Shown here: piece after piece, positions 51,120 through 61,721 of the stretch
How the letters are laid out: each line of letters opens with the position of its first letter
Position numbering within the stretch: position 1 is the first letter of the stretch
Origin: an uncultured bacterium
GTDB taxonomy: Bacteria > Desulfobacterota_D > UBA1144 > Nemesobacterales > UBA2774
Reading direction: 5' to 3'
DNA length: 64,000 bases
Assembly (NCBI GenBank): GCA_963825135.1
Contig: CAWGRW010000009.1
Span: forward strand, 736,001 to 800,000
Program-made: the position numbers and the translations under genes
The notes under the pieces: model-generated
Told to the model about the DNA's origin: nothing
The model's database searches: none
Seen by the model: the letters and a program-made list of their open reading frames with translations, nothing else

Positions 51120-51750
51120 CGGCTTCACCCTTATAGAGGTGCTGCTCGCCGTGTTTATCGGGTCCATCGTGCTCACCGTGCTTTACGCCTCATTTTTCCA
51201 GATAAACAAAGCGAAGGCGAGGATCGAGGAAGAGCTCGAGCTGTATCACGAGGCCAGGGTAGTAATGTCGAAAATCACAGGGGACCTCGCGGACGCGTTT
51301 CCCCGCGGACTGGTTAACTCCGGGCAGACGAATGTTACAACCCCCTTTTTTTACGGGGTTAAAGAGGGAGACAAGAGTCGATTGATCTTCAATTCGTTAT
51401 CGCACGCCCCTACTCAGGATGCGAGAGAATCGGACCAAACCCAGATAAGCTATTTTCTAGAGCCTATAGAGGATTCCGACCTGTTTGCGCTCATGAGAAG
51501 GGATAACCCGACCATGGAATCCGAGACAGGAGGCACTCAATACGCTTTATCGGAACGAGTTTCGGGTTTCAACCTGACTTATCTTGCAAAAAACCCGGAG
51601 AGCGGCGAAACCGGAGAATACCTGACCGAATGGAATTCGAATGATACCTTGTCGCTGCCGGTCGCTGTCAGCGTAAATGTGGCATTGAGGAATCCAAGGG
51701 GCGAGGATGTTCAATTCAGCACCCTGGTGATGATACCGATCATGAATTAA
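51067..51750 (+). CDS. gspJ: Minor pseudopilin J (start uncertain)
   Basis: [12 protein letters not shown]-terminal W.....LP.AV.V. Confidence 0.82.
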   Translation: MKDTGSLKLQLRFRTTNDGFTLIEVLLAVFIGSIVLTVLYASFFQINKAKARIEEELELYHEARVVMSKITGDLADAFPRGLVNSGQTNVTTPFFYGVKEGDKSRLIFNSLSHAPTQDARESDQTQISYFLEPIEDSDLFALMRRDNPTMESETGGTQYALSERVSGFNLTYLAKNPESGETGEYLTEWNSNDTLSLPVAVSVNVALRNPRGEDVQFSTLVMIPIMN

Positions 51751-51798
51751 TATGTGTAAGCTGTCAATCAAAATGAACGGGAACAAAGTCTTTAGACA

Positions 51799-52908
51799 AT
51801 GAAAAACGGAAATCAGCTTAACAATTCGTCAAGGGATAGAGATCACGAAAAAGGGATAGTCCTGGTTATCGTGATTATAATCATAGCGACACTGATGATA
51901 CTCGTCACGGACCTTATTTATTTCACTCAGATTGATACCGAGATATCCTCGAATACTCGGGATGAAATCAAAGCCCGTTACATAGCCAAATCCGGAGTGC
52001 AAGTGGCGGCGGGAGCGCTTAAAGAAGGACCGCTCGAAGAGCTTACGCAGATCACCGCGGCATACGGCGGGCAAACAGGGAATTCAGACGGCTTCTGGTC
52101 ACTCAACGTACCCTTTTTCCCAGTCGGTGAAGGGAATGTGTCCGTCATCGTCACGGACGAGCGGTCCAAGATCAACCTGAATTCGCTGGTGGGCCGTTCC
52201 ACGAATAAAGTAGATCAGCAGGTCCTGACGGAGCTGAACGAGCTTTTCAGGTACCTCGAAGTCGACGACAACAAATCAGCGAGGTTCATTGCGAGCCTGA
52301 TTAACTGGCTTGACGCTCCGCTCGAAGGCGCTGACAACGATCAGGACTCTAATGGAGCGAACGGGGCTTTTTATTCGAGCCTCGAGAATCCTTACAAAAT
52401 TAAAGACGGTCCTCTGGATACGCTCGAGGAAATCAGGATGATCGACGGCATGGACGCCGAATTTTACAACCAGATAAAGGACTACGTAACGGTCTATCCG
52501 CACGACAAGAAAATAAACTTCAGCACCGCCTCCAAGAAGGTGCTTATGGCAGCCGTTAAAGGCTCGTCGGTTCCCGCAATCGCAGGGCAGGGAAATCCTC
52601 CTGAGGAGGTGGACGACGATGTAGCGGAACAGATCGCCGACCAAATAATAGCGGCCAGGAAGGACACGCCGGTCATAAACCAGCAAAAGGCCAGGGAGAT
52701 CGCGAAGAACGTGGACTCGACTTCGGCGATCAGCGCCGGTCTCGTCGGTGTCACCCTCGGCAGCGGGGAAAGTGAAATCTTCTCGGTCAAATCGGTGGGC
52801 AGCCTGGGAGAGGAGAGTCCCACGAAAAGGATCATCGAAGCCGTCCTTAAGAAAACCAAGCAAGATAATGAAATGATAGTGGACATTGTGACATGGAAAG
52901 AACTCTAG
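51799..52908 (+). CDS. gspK: Minor pseudopilin K
   Basis: GIVLVIV (no E+5), A.SG, DE.SKINLN, LINWLD, EEIRMIDG, KINF.TA. Confidence 0.9.
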   Translation: MKNGNQLNNSSRDRDHEKGIVLVIVIIIIATLMILVTDLIYFTQIDTEISSNTRDEIKARYIAKSGVQVAAGALKEGPLEELTQITAAYGGQTGNSDGFWSLNVPFFPVGEGNVSVIVTDERSKINLNSLVGRSTNKVDQQVLTELNELFRYLEVDDNKSARFIASLINWLDAPLEGADNDQDSNGANGAFYSSLENPYKIKDGPLDTLEEIRMIDGMDAEFYNQIKDYVTVYPHDKKINFSTASKKVLMAAVKGSSVPAIAGQGNPPEEVDDDVAEQIADQIIAARKDTPVINQQKAREIAKNVDSTSAISAGLVGVTLGSGESEIFSVKSVGSLGEESPTKRIIEAVLKKTKQDNEMIVDIVTWKEL

Positions 52909-54044
52909 AAAAAATAAGGAAATTAAGGAGCGATCTAAAAACGCGCTACTTCGAAAGGGACGACGTCATAGACGGCGCGTTCTGCGCTCTCCTTACGGGA
53001 AGCCACATCCTTCTAATCGGTCCGCCGGGGACCGCCAAATCCCAGCTGGCGAATGAAATCTGCCGCAAGATCAGCGGGGCCCGTTATTTTCAGTGGCTTC
53101 TCACCAAGTTCACGACGCCCGAGGAGTTGTTCGGCGCCGTAAGCCTGAGGGGCCTCGAGAACGATGAATACAGGAGGGTCACTTCCGGCAAGCTGCCCGA
53201 AGCGCACATCGCCTTCCTCGACGAGGTATTCAAAGCCAGTTCCTCGATACTCAACACTCTGCTCACGATCATGAACGAGAGAGTTTTTTATAACGGGACC
53301 GAAAAAGTCAGGATCCCTCTCATTTCTCTTTTCGGCGCAAGCAACGAGCTGCCTTCGGAGGAAGACGACCTCGAAGCCCTTTATGACAGGTTCTTGCTGA
53401 GATACGTGGTGGACTATATAAAAGAAGACTTTAGATTTCTTAAGATGCTGAACACGGAGAACGAAATATCCGAAGAAGGGATAATTACATACGAGGAGCT
53501 CGATCACTGCAGGACCGAAACGGAGAAAGTAAAGCTCCCCGCCAACATTTTGAAGCTGATATCGCGGATCAGAAAAGAGCTCGGGAAAAAGGGCGTCGTG
53601 CCTTCCGACAGGAGATATAAACAATCCGTCTCTCTTCTTAAATCGAGGGCGTACCTTGAAGGGAGGAGCGAGGTCACGGAGGACGACCTCCGTTTTCTTG
53701 AAAATATATTATGGAGAGACCCCGGAGAAAAAGCCGAAATCCAGTCAGTCATCCATCAATCCCTCCACGGGTGGAGAGACAGCCTGAGAGAGCTGCTCAT
53801 TCAGGCAAAAGAGCTTGATACTTATTCCAGGCGGGAATGGGAGAGCGAAGAAATGCTTATCAAGGCCAACATCGAAGCCCAGACAAAATTAAAACACATC
53901 GGCGCGAAGCTCGAGGACCTGGTCGAGGAATGCACGGAGAGGGGAAAACCCACGGATGAAATCAAAGCGGCGAGAGAAGAGATAGAGGGCATTCAGAGGG
54001 AGATTCTCGACAGGCTCGTATCGAGCAAGGAAGAAATGGCTTAG
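52893..54044 (+). CDS. RavA-type MoxR AAA+ ATPase
   Basis: LIGPPGTAKS, LLTKFTTPEELFG, FLDEVFKASSSILNTLL, ASNELP, ALYDRF, SDRR. Confidence 0.88.
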   Translation: MERTLEKIRKLRSDLKTRYFERDDVIDGAFCALLTGSHILLIGPPGTAKSQLANEICRKISGARYFQWLLTKFTTPEELFGAVSLRGLENDEYRRVTSGKLPEAHIAFLDEVFKASSSILNTLLTIMNERVFYNGTEKVRIPLISLFGASNELPSEEDDLEALYDRFLLRYVVDYIKEDFRFLKMLNTENEISEEGIITYEELDHCRTETEKVKLPANILKLISRIRKELGKKGVVPSDRRYKQSVSLLKSRAYLEGRSEVTEDDLRFLENILWRDPGEKAEIQSVIHQSLHGWRDSLRELLIQAKELDTYSRREWESEEMLIKANIEAQTKLKHIGAKLEDLVEECTERGKPTDEIKAAREEIEGIQREILDRLVSSKEEMA

Positions 54045-54109
54045 GCCGGTCCGTTTCGTGGGGGAGGTTATATACATTTAAAGACGACAGTGCCTCTCGC
54101 AGCTGTCGT

Positions 54110-55123
54110 TTAAATTCTAAGAAGCACCTTACCTGTGCTCATCCTCGATTCGATGTATTCATGAGCCCGCCGGGCCTCCTCGAGCCCGAATACCCTGTTA
54201 ACGACGGGCCTTATGCCGTGCTCTACCGCAAATCCCCTGAGCTCCTCATAGAGCTCAACCATTTTCCCGGGTTCCCGGTCGAGAAGGTAGCCCAGGTGGG
54301 ATGACATTACGGAGACGGACCTCCGGGCCATCTCACCGACGTCCGCCCTCGGTATATCTTTCCAGGTCCTGAGCCAGGACGCGGGACTCCATTTGTTGAG
54401 GTCGAGGCTCGCGAACCCCGTGACTACCACCCTTCCGAACGGGTTGAGAGAATTCATGCTCTTCTTGAAAATGTCCCCGCCGACCATCTCGATCGCCGCA
54501 TCCACTCCGCCGGTAACGCCGATCAGGTCTTTAAAACAGTCCGGGTCACGGTAGTTAAACGCCCCCGCCGCTCCGAGAGATAAAATTAGTTCCTTCTTTT
54601 CGGGGCTCCCGGCCATGCCGTAAACCCGGCACCCCGCGTGTGACGCCAACTGTATCGCCGCTGTCCCCACGCCCCCGGCGGCCGCCGTGACCAGCACCTT
54701 TTCCCCAGCGCCGACCCTCGCCATTTTGAATAACGCGACCCAGGCGGTCATATAGTTCACGAGGAACGAGGCTGCCTCCTCGTACGTGTACCCGTCTATC
54801 GCCGGGACGGCATTGGTATCGGGGACGACGACGTATTCGGCATAACACCCGTACTTCGCCCCGACCATCACCCTCTCTCCGATCCTCGCCCGGGACACCC
54901 CCCCGCCCGCCTCCTCTATCACGCCCGAACATTCCATCCCCGGTATATACGGTTTTTTAGGCGCCCACCCGTAAATCCCCTTCCTCGATAGTATCTCGGC
55001 ATAATTAATACCCGCAAAGCGGACCGCAACCCTGACCTCCCCCTCCCCCGGCCGGGGTTCTTTGACCTCCTCCGTTTTAAGAACATCCGGGCCGCCGTTT
55101 TTCCTGAGCACAATCGCTTTCAT
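54110..55123 (-). CDS. Zn-independent MDR oxidoreductase (quinone reductase/VAT-1-like)
   Basis: GGPDVL, GINYAE, PGMECSG, AAAGGVGTAAIQ, STGKVLL. Confidence 0.9.
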   Translation of the reverse strand: MKAIVLRKNGGPDVLKTEEVKEPRPGEGEVRVAVRFAGINYAEILSRKGIYGWAPKKPYIPGMECSGVIEEAGGGVSRARIGERVMVGAKYGCYAEYVVVPDTNAVPAIDGYTYEEAASFLVNYMTAWVALFKMARVGAGEKVLVTAAAGGVGTAAIQLASHAGCRVYGMAGSPEKKELILSLGAAGAFNYRDPDCFKDLIGVTGGVDAAIEMVGGDIFKKSMNSLNPFGRVVVTGFASLDLNKWSPASWLRTWKDIPRADVGEMARRSVSVMSSHLGYLLDREPGKMVELYEELRGFAVEHGIRPVVNRVFGLEEARRAHEYIESRMSTGKVLLRI

Positions 55124-55238
55124 TTCCCGCACCTCGATTCCCAAATTGAAAATTTACCCATTCTGGCTTATTATGATAAACGAAGCCGGCAAGAATAACC
55201 GTGCGGGCATAAGAAATATATTTTTTGGCGGAGATGAA

Positions 55239-55505
55239 ATGAAAAGATATTTACTCATACCGGCTGTACTCTTCACAATCTTTTCCTGCGGCAACCCGGC
55301 TGTGATCGATCCGCTGCAGCAGCAGTCCGCGGTTCAGATACCGTGCGAGCCCGACATGATAGAGGTAGTAGAGCATAAGATAAATACCGACGGAAGCGAG
55401 AACTGGATGGCTCTCTGCCAGGGCGACACGTACAGCTGCGAGAAGGGAGCGGGCAGCGAGGCGAAAACGACCTGTCAGAAGATGGAATCGCAGATGCCCG
55501 AGTAG
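55239..55505 (+). CDS. Small Cys-containing lipoprotein
   Basis: MKRYLLIPAVLFTIFSC lipobox, four further Cys, GGAG Shine-Dalgarno. Confidence 0.75.
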   Translation: MKRYLLIPAVLFTIFSCGNPAVIDPLQQQSAVQIPCEPDMIEVVEHKINTDGSENWMALCQGDTYSCEKGAGSEAKTTCQKMESQMPE

Positions 55506-55574
55506 CGCGGATGTCAATGCCAATAATGAAAATGGATTAATGGAAGCCTTCACTGCAAAATGAGGGGGACGGAT

Positions 55575-56054
55575 TTAGTCCTCCTCGTTTTGCCGCCTTT
55601 CCCTGGACCTGTTTTTCACGCTTTCCCCGATCCTCCAGTATTTCTTGTCCTCTTCGGTGAGGACTTTGAGCGCGGGCACCGGTATGGGCTTTCCCTCAGC
55701 GTCCACGGCGACGAAGACAAGATATCCCCTGCACGTGAACTCGACTCCGGGGCTGAACTTTCCGACTTTGTAAACGTCCACCTTCACGACCATAGACGTA
55801 TGCGCGGTGTAAATTACCCTCGCCTTGACCTCCATGATGTCCCCGACTTTGACGGGCTTCTTGAAATCGACGGCTTCGATAGACGCGGTGACCGTGTCCT
55901 CGCCCGCGAAACGCATCGCCGCCATCGCGCCCGTCATATCCATCAGCTCGAGCACCCTTCCCCCGAATATCGTACCGTAGTGGTTCGTATGCGTCGGGAA
56001 GACAAGCTCCGAATTCGATACCTCGACCGATTCCTTGACCGAATCATTTCCCAT
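55575..56054 (-). CDS. Hotdog-fold acyl-CoA thioesterase (YciA-like)
   Basis: P.HTN.YGTIFGG.VLELMD, VTAS, F.KPV.VG, FVAVD..GKP. Confidence 0.92.
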   Translation of the reverse strand: MGNDSVKESVEVSNSELVFPTHTNHYGTIFGGRVLELMDMTGAMAAMRFAGEDTVTASIEAVDFKKPVKVGDIMEVKARVIYTAHTSMVVKVDVYKVGKFSPGVEFTCRGYLVFVAVDAEGKPIPVPALKVLTEEDKKYWRIGESVKNRSRERRQNEED

Positions 56055-56244
56055 TTATGCCCTCCTGTGTAATTTGGCCGTGACTTCCCGGGTATGCTCC
56101 GAGATATAGTAGACGAGCGCGGGGGTTTTTCAACCGGACCGCGTTGGCAGCGGGACATTTCACTCGCGGCCTATAATTGGTGTAGATTTACCCGAATATA
56201 TGATGCCGGAAAACCGGCAGAGATATTCGAACGCCGCATAATGA

Positions 56245-56772
56245 ATGGAGGAAATCATGAGTAACCTGAGTTTATTCAGGAGTTGTAAATCGTATGCGTA
56301 TCTGTTTTGTATCTTCTCTTCATTCTTGCTCGCAGTATCCTTCTCCTCAGCCGAGGCGCGGGCCGGCGGAAGCGATAAATATCCGAAGTGTTTCATCGGG
56401 ACTTACCTTGTCGAGGAGGGTAGCGGGACGAAGAGCATATGGAGCCTGGACGCGAGGGGCATAATTCTAATAACCAGCTCGGCTCAGCCCTCCCTTAACT
56501 TCAGCAGCGCCCAGGGGGCATGGATCAGGACCGGAAAGCTCGAAGCGTCGGCAACCTCCCTCGATTTTTCATTTGACGGTCAAAACAGCCTCGCGAGCAT
56601 CGCAAAGATAAATGCGGGGATAAGGTTCACGGACAAGGACTGCCTGGATATGGAAGGTGAGTTCACCGTGTCGTTCTTCGATCCGGGCGTTGACCCGCTT
56701 GACCCCGAATCGGTACCGGAGAACGTGATTTCGGATACGTTTACGGGAAAGCGCGTTGCGGTCGAGCAGTGA
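56245..56772 (+). CDS. Hypothetical exported protein
   Basis: Signal-peptide-like N-terminus (AEARA) and a beta-rich mature part. Confidence 0.7.
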   Translation: MEEIMSNLSLFRSCKSYAYLFCIFSSFLLAVSFSSAEARAGGSDKYPKCFIGTYLVEEGSGTKSIWSLDARGIILITSSAQPSLNFSSAQGAWIRTGKLEASATSLDFSFDGQNSLASIAKINAGIRFTDKDCLDMEGEFTVSFFDPGVDPLDPESVPENVISDTFTGKRVAVEQ

Positions 56773-56792
56773 CTCCCGCTCCTGCCCCGGCC

Positions 56793-57458
56793 CTAATCAC
56801 GCCTCCCCCATACAATCAGATGCCTGTCGCTTACCTGCCCGATCTCCAGCTCCCCGAGACCGGCCGATTCCAATTGCAGCTTTACTTCACCCGGCTCATA
56901 AGCCGCGAGGAGGGAATGATAGAAATCCCTTTTCAAGATGTCGGGCTCGTCCGGTGAATGAGCCTCTACGATTCTCCGGGCTTCTTCGGCTGTCCCGGGC
57001 CGCATTAAATCCATGACGAAGACCCGGGTCCCGGAAGCCGAGAACCTCTTTAACGCACGCCAGAAGACAGCAGGGTCGGGAATATGGTGGAGGAGGCTGT
57101 TGCTCATGACAAGGTCGTAAATTTTGCCCGGCACGTAGTCCTCTATCCTTCCGTGTATAAAGTGAATCCGGCCGTGAAGCTCAAGCTCGTTTTCGAGCGA
57201 CTCTTTCGCATAATTCAACATCACTGCCGAGCCGTCGATCGCGTCTATATTTGAGCCGTCGAGCGCCCGCGCAACTCTGAACGTTATATCGCCCGCGCCG
57301 CATCCCATGTCGAGAACCGCACCAGCGCCGCGGGGTAAGGGGCAGCGTTCTCCAAGCAGCCTAACGAAGAGTGAATGAGGTTTCTCGAAATCCGCCCTTG
57401 CGTATGCAAGCACCTGCTCCGGGTCCTCCATGAGCTCGGGCTCGGGGATTCTTTTCAT
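56793..57458 (-). CDS. Class I SAM-dependent methyltransferase
   Basis: RIPEPELM, VLDMGCGAG, IDGS..ML, SNSLLHH. Confidence 0.92.
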   Translation of the reverse strand: MKRIPEPELMEDPEQVLAYARADFEKPHSLFVRLLGERCPLPRGAGAVLDMGCGAGDITFRVARALDGSNIDAIDGSAVMLNYAKESLENELELHGRIHFIHGRIEDYVPGKIYDLVMSNSLLHHIPDPAVFWRALKRFSASGTRVFVMDLMRPGTAEEARRIVEAHSPDEPDILKRDFYHSLLAAYEPGEVKLQLESAGLGELEIGQVSDRHLIVWGRRD

Positions 57459-57544
57459 TTTGGTCCCGCCTGACTATTTTATAGCGCGGTCTTTCCTTTT
57501 TTAAATTCTAATTCATCATTAATACAAAAAACGGAGATGCCAGG

Positions 57545-57769
57545 ATGCCAAAAAAATCAGATTCATTAAGCGCTCTTGAGCTCATGCATATAGGCTTCAA
57601 TGTTTCGATAGACGCCCGGGAGTACGAGAACCATATTGAAGACGTCATTGAAACGGCCAAAATGTTTAATTCAACGATAATCTTGAGGAACATGCCCGAA
57701 TCGATGCTTAACGAGAAGTTCCTTAAGAAATTAAAAGGGCATTCTCATAAAATCGTCATCGAAGTCTGA
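57545..57769 (+). CDS. Small hypothetical protein
   Basis: 74-aa ORF with GGAG upstream, filling the intergenic gap. Confidence 0.6.
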   Translation: MPKKSDSLSALELMHIGFNVSIDAREYENHIEDVIETAKMFNSTIILRNMPESMLNEKFLKKLKGHSHKIVIEV

Positions 57770-57812
57770 GGGCGCTCCGCAGGGAGAGTTATCGCGGGCA
57801 AGCTTCCCCCGG

Positions 57813-58493
57813 TCACCCGGGCAGGAGGTCGCAATAATAAAAACGCCCGTCCCTCAATACCACCTCTCCCCTTTTAAACTCCACCCTCTCCCTGAATATG
57901 GGCCCGTCATAAACGAAGGTATGGAACTCCCCGTTTTCCCCGCACCTATCAATTTCAGGCGGAAGATCGGACAAGAAATCGTAGTCGAATTCCCTCCCCG
58001 CGAATCCTCCGTCGAGTAAAGTCGAATCGACGCATACGACGACGGCTTTGAAACCCGCTTCAATGAAGGTCCGGGCGAGCGTTAGAGATTCCCTGCCCCA
58101 GATCGGGAACACGCACCCGAGCCCCAAATTCCCCAATTGCTCCTCCCTGTATTTCCTTATTTCCTCGAGGAATATGTCTCCGTAAATCACTGTACTCACG
58201 CCCGATTTTCTGTATTTCAGGACCGCCGTCTCGAGAGAGCGCTCGTACTCTTCATTCGAAGCGTCCCGCGGGATTATCACCTTTTCGAGACGGAGCCCAA
58301 GCGAATCAGCCTGCTTTTCGAGGAGAGCGTTCCTTACTCCGTGCATACTGACCCTGTCGTATCCCCCGGTAACGGTCGTGAGGAGGGACACGATATCGTA
58401 ACCGCGGTCCCCGAGGACTTCGTAGAGAGCGAGCGCGCTGTCCTTGCCGCCGCTCCAGGAGAAAAGTGCCTTGCCGCCCATTTGAACCACCAT
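57813..58493 (-). CDS. PP-loop ATPase, diphthine-ammonia ligase-like (DUF71/MJ0570 family)
   Basis: SWSGGKDS, MHGVR, GDIFLE, CGENGEFHTFV.DGPIF. Confidence 0.9.
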   Translation of the reverse strand: MVVQMGGKALFSWSGGKDSALALYEVLGDRGYDIVSLLTTVTGGYDRVSMHGVRNALLEKQADSLGLRLEKVIIPRDASNEEYERSLETAVLKYRKSGVSTVIYGDIFLEEIRKYREEQLGNLGLGCVFPIWGRESLTLARTFIEAGFKAVVVCVDSTLLDGGFAGREFDYDFLSDLPPEIDRCGENGEFHTFVYDGPIFRERVEFKRGEVVLRDGRFYYCDLLPG

Positions 58494-58598
58494 ATTACAC
58501 GTTCCGGAGTAAAATGAATATCCGCTTAAAGTATTTCTAGATGCATGTGCTTTTATATGTTACTTTTTGGAAGCTGAATCAGGAGGCGAGATAGACGA

Positions 58599-59456
58599 AT
58601 GCGCTGGAGGATGGGCAGAAGGAGCACGAATGTAGAGGACAGGAGGGGGGTGAGTCTCCCGGGAAGAGCAGCCGGCGGTGGGATAGGTCTCCTGGTAATA
58701 ATTATAATCGCAATACTTCTCGGCGCCGACCCGGTAAAGCTCTTAAACGATATCACATCCACGCAGGTCGATCCGACTTCGAGCTACGAACGGGCTGCTC
58801 TTTCCGAGGAAGACAGGAAACTCGCCGATTTTGTCTCCGTAGTCCTGGCCGATACGGAGGACACATGGAGTGAATTGTTCGCCGGCAACAACGCCAGGTA
58901 CCGCGAGCCCAGGCTAGTATTATTCTCCGGGGCGGTCGAATCCGCGTGCGGTTTCGCTCAATCCGCCGTGGGTCCGTTTTACTGCCCGGCAGACCAGAAG
59001 GTATATATAGACCTCGACTTCTACAGAGACCTCAGGGAAAGGTTCGGCGCCCCCGGCGATTTCGCCCAGGCATACGTCATTGCGCATGAGGTGGGACACC
59101 ACGTGCAGAACCTGCTCGGGATCTCCGAGCAGGTGCGGAACGCTCAAAGAAAGCTCGGAGAGGCCGGGGCGAACAGGCTCTCCGTCATGCAGGAGCTTCA
59201 GGCGGATTGTTTCGCGGGAGTATGGGCTCATAACGCCGACAGGGCCCGCAGCATACTCGAGCACGGCGACGTAGAGGAGGGCCTGAACGCGGCGAGCAGC
59301 ATAGGGGACGACCGGCTTCAGATGGAAACCCGGGGCCGTGTAACGCCCGATTCATTCACGCACGGGAGCTCGAAACAGAGGGTCACATGGTTTAAAAGGG
59401 GCCTCGATTCGGGAGATATAGAATCCTGCAATACATTTGAGTCAAAGAATCTGTGA
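58599..59456 (+). CDS. ypfJ: Neutral zinc metallopeptidase (YpfJ family)
   Basis: R.S.NVEDRR, GPFYCPAD, AHEVGHHVQ, ELQADC, FTHGSS.QR. Confidence 0.9.
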   Translation: MRWRMGRRSTNVEDRRGVSLPGRAAGGGIGLLVIIIIAILLGADPVKLLNDITSTQVDPTSSYERAALSEEDRKLADFVSVVLADTEDTWSELFAGNNARYREPRLVLFSGAVESACGFAQSAVGPFYCPADQKVYIDLDFYRDLRERFGAPGDFAQAYVIAHEVGHHVQNLLGISEQVRNAQRKLGEAGANRLSVMQELQADCFAGVWAHNADRARSILEHGDVEEGLNAASSIGDDRLQMETRGRVTPDSFTHGSSKQRVTWFKRGLDSGDIESCNTFESKNL

Positions 59457-59504
59457 CTGCCCCCAAGCGCAATACCTCCGGCGCATATACAACATAACCC
59501 CTCC

Positions 59505-60734
59505 TCACACTTTACCCCGGACTCCGCTTTCGTATTTGTCTATAACCGCCGCTCCGACACAGTCCCCCCAGACGTTGACCGTCGTTCTGAAGCGGTCGAG
59601 CAGCCAGTCGATCGCAAGGATGATGCCTATTCCCTCTATAGGAAGACCGACTGACTTGAGCACGAGCACCATGGTCACGAGCCCCGCCTCCGGTATGCCG
59701 GCGGCGCCTATGGACGCGAGCGTCGCGGTAAAGAACACTATGATCATCTGCGGTATGCCCAATTCTATCCCGTAGCTCTGGGCTATGAATATCGCGGCCA
59801 CCGCTTCATAGAGCGCGGTACCGTCCATGTTGACCGTGGCTCCCAGCGGGAGCACGAACCTGCCTACCTTCGGGCTTACACCGGCCTCCTCGATGACGCC
59901 TTCCATTGTGAGAGGCAGCGTCGCGGACGAAGAAGCCGTCGAAAAAGCGGTCAGGAGCGCCTTACCCAGATGCGAGACGTACTCGAGCGGGTTTCGTCCG
60001 GAAAGCACAAAGAGTATCGCAGGCAAAATAATAAACCCGTGTATAAAAAGCCCCAGCACCACGCACAGAAAATACCTGCCGAGCTCGGCCGCGAGCGCGA
60101 TCACATGGCCCCCGCCCCCGGCCGTCCCGATGCGCTCGGCGATCAGGCCGAAAATGCCGAGCGGAGTGAATATCATTATCCAGTGAACTATCTTCATCAC
60201 GGCCTTATCGAGCAGGGAGAACAATTCGACGATCGGCTTGTTCTCCCTCCCGAGAGCCGCAAAAGCAGCGCCGAATAAAATTGATGCGACAATGAGCGGG
60301 AGTATGTCGAATTCCGCAGCCGATTTGAAGAGGTTGGGAGAGACGAATTCCAACAAGAGCACCTCGACGATGCTCATATTCTCCTTCCCCTTTATTATTT
60401 CAGGTATCTCACCCGTGACAACGGCTCCCCCCGAGCCCGGGTGTATTAGAATCACGAGAACTATGCCCAGCGTAACGGCGATGGCGGTAGTCGAAATAAA
60501 GTAGATGAAGGTCTTAAAACCAAGCGACCCCAATCTTTCGACCTTCATGATACTAAGCGTTATCGAGACCAGTATCAGCGGCAGCACTATCATTTTTAAA
60601 GCATTTATAAAAAGTTTGCCGAGAAACCCGACCCTTACGCCCGCCTCCGGATAAAACGATCCCACGAGCCCGCCGAGTATCACGCCCGCGATTATTCCCG
60701 TGATGAGGTAATGGTCTCTAAAAAACTTTTTCAA
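59505..60734 (-). CDS. Dicarboxylate/amino acid:cation symporter (DAACS)
   Basis: FSTASSSATLP, GATVNMDGTALY, ASIGAAGIP, DRFRTTVNVWGD. Confidence 0.95.
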   Translation of the reverse strand: MKKFFRDHYLITGIIAGVILGGLVGSFYPEAGVRVGFLGKLFINALKMIVLPLILVSITLSIMKVERLGSLGFKTFIYFISTTAIAVTLGIVLVILIHPGSGGAVVTGEIPEIIKGKENMSIVEVLLLEFVSPNLFKSAAEFDILPLIVASILFGAAFAALGRENKPIVELFSLLDKAVMKIVHWIMIFTPLGIFGLIAERIGTAGGGGHVIALAAELGRYFLCVVLGLFIHGFIILPAILFVLSGRNPLEYVSHLGKALLTAFSTASSSATLPLTMEGVIEEAGVSPKVGRFVLPLGATVNMDGTALYEAVAAIFIAQSYGIELGIPQMIIVFFTATLASIGAAGIPEAGLVTMVLVLKSVGLPIEGIGIILAIDWLLDRFRTTVNVWGDCVGAAVIDKYESGVRGKV

Positions 60735-60847
60735 CTATCGCTCCAATATTGCCGCGGAAACGCTTTGTTACAGGCAATGAGTTGAATTGACATCATAGCA
60801 TCTCTAAACGGATAGTAAAACTTGAGATATAGTATTAACTTCTATAC

Positions 60848-61690
60848 ATGAGAATAGCTATGACCCGATCCCTACGCGGCCGCGGAGATGTCCGCACGGA
60901 TAAAAAAAATATTTCTCGTAATCTAATATTCATCTTATTCGTCGTTCTGCTTATCCCGATTCCCGCGCATCCGATGAGCACGCCCCCCATGAGCAAAAAA
61001 GAGGAGGGCTCCTTTGTCGTCTCCGACAAGGAAGGGGGAACCAGATGGAAAGCGGACTGGACGAGTGAAGAAATCATCGAGAACGGGGAAACCAGAATAA
61101 AAACCGTAGTGCGCGGGCAGGGAATCAAAAACCCTTTTACGAGGGAGATGAGATGGGAGTCCGTATCCGAATGGAAATCGGGCGACTCATTTACTCCGGT
61201 CGTATCATCAACCGAGGTTAGAGATTTGCAGGGCAAGCTGGTCATGACTGACAGAACGACTGTTGATGAAAAGACCGGAGCCGCGTCGTTCATAAGAGAG
61301 GATTATGAAAGCAATGGGTCCGTCAGCAAAACTTACGAGACCGACAGTGACGTTCTGATCGTCGAAGGGCTCGCCCTCGCCCTCCGCTCGCTCCCTTTCG
61401 GCACCGACGACACGGTGAAGGCTCAGTTCCTGACCAACGAGCCCGAACTCTACAATGTCGAGTTCAAACAAAAGGGCGTTGAGACAATAAAGACAGCGGG
61501 CGGGGAGGTCGAATGTTACAAAGTCGAGCTTGTCCCCAAGCTGGGCGCCCTCAACGTATTCAAGGTGTTTTTCCCGAAGACGTACTTCTGGTTCACGGTT
61601 GCTCCCCCTCACAGGTGGGTCAGATACGATGGGTTCGAGAACGGGCGCAATTCACCCGAAGTCGTTATGCAAGCGGTGCCTGCGAATTAG
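60848..61690 (+). CDS. Exported beta-rich protein (DUF3108-like); start uncertain
   Basis: Hydrophobic signal segment; E.I...GGEVECYK..L pattern followed by a W-F motif. Confidence 0.55.
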   Translation: MRIAMTRSLRGRGDVRTDKKNISRNLIFILFVVLLIPIPAHPMSTPPMSKKEEGSFVVSDKEGGTRWKADWTSEEIIENGETRIKTVVRGQGIKNPFTREMRWESVSEWKSGDSFTPVVSSTEVRDLQGKLVMTDRTTVDEKTGAASFIREDYESNGSVSKTYETDSDVLIVEGLALALRSLPFGTDDTVKAQFLTNEPELYNVEFKQKGVETIKTAGGEVECYKVELVPKLGALNVFKVFFPKTYFWFTVAPPHRWVRYDGFENGRNSPEVVMQAVPAN

Positions 61691-61721
61691 TACGGGAATC
61701 CAATGCACCACCCGCGCCGCC

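Noticed and set aside
57813..58493. Diphthamide pathway in a bacterium
   Set aside because: Stand-alone DUF71 homologs are widespread in bacteria and no other dph genes are present here.
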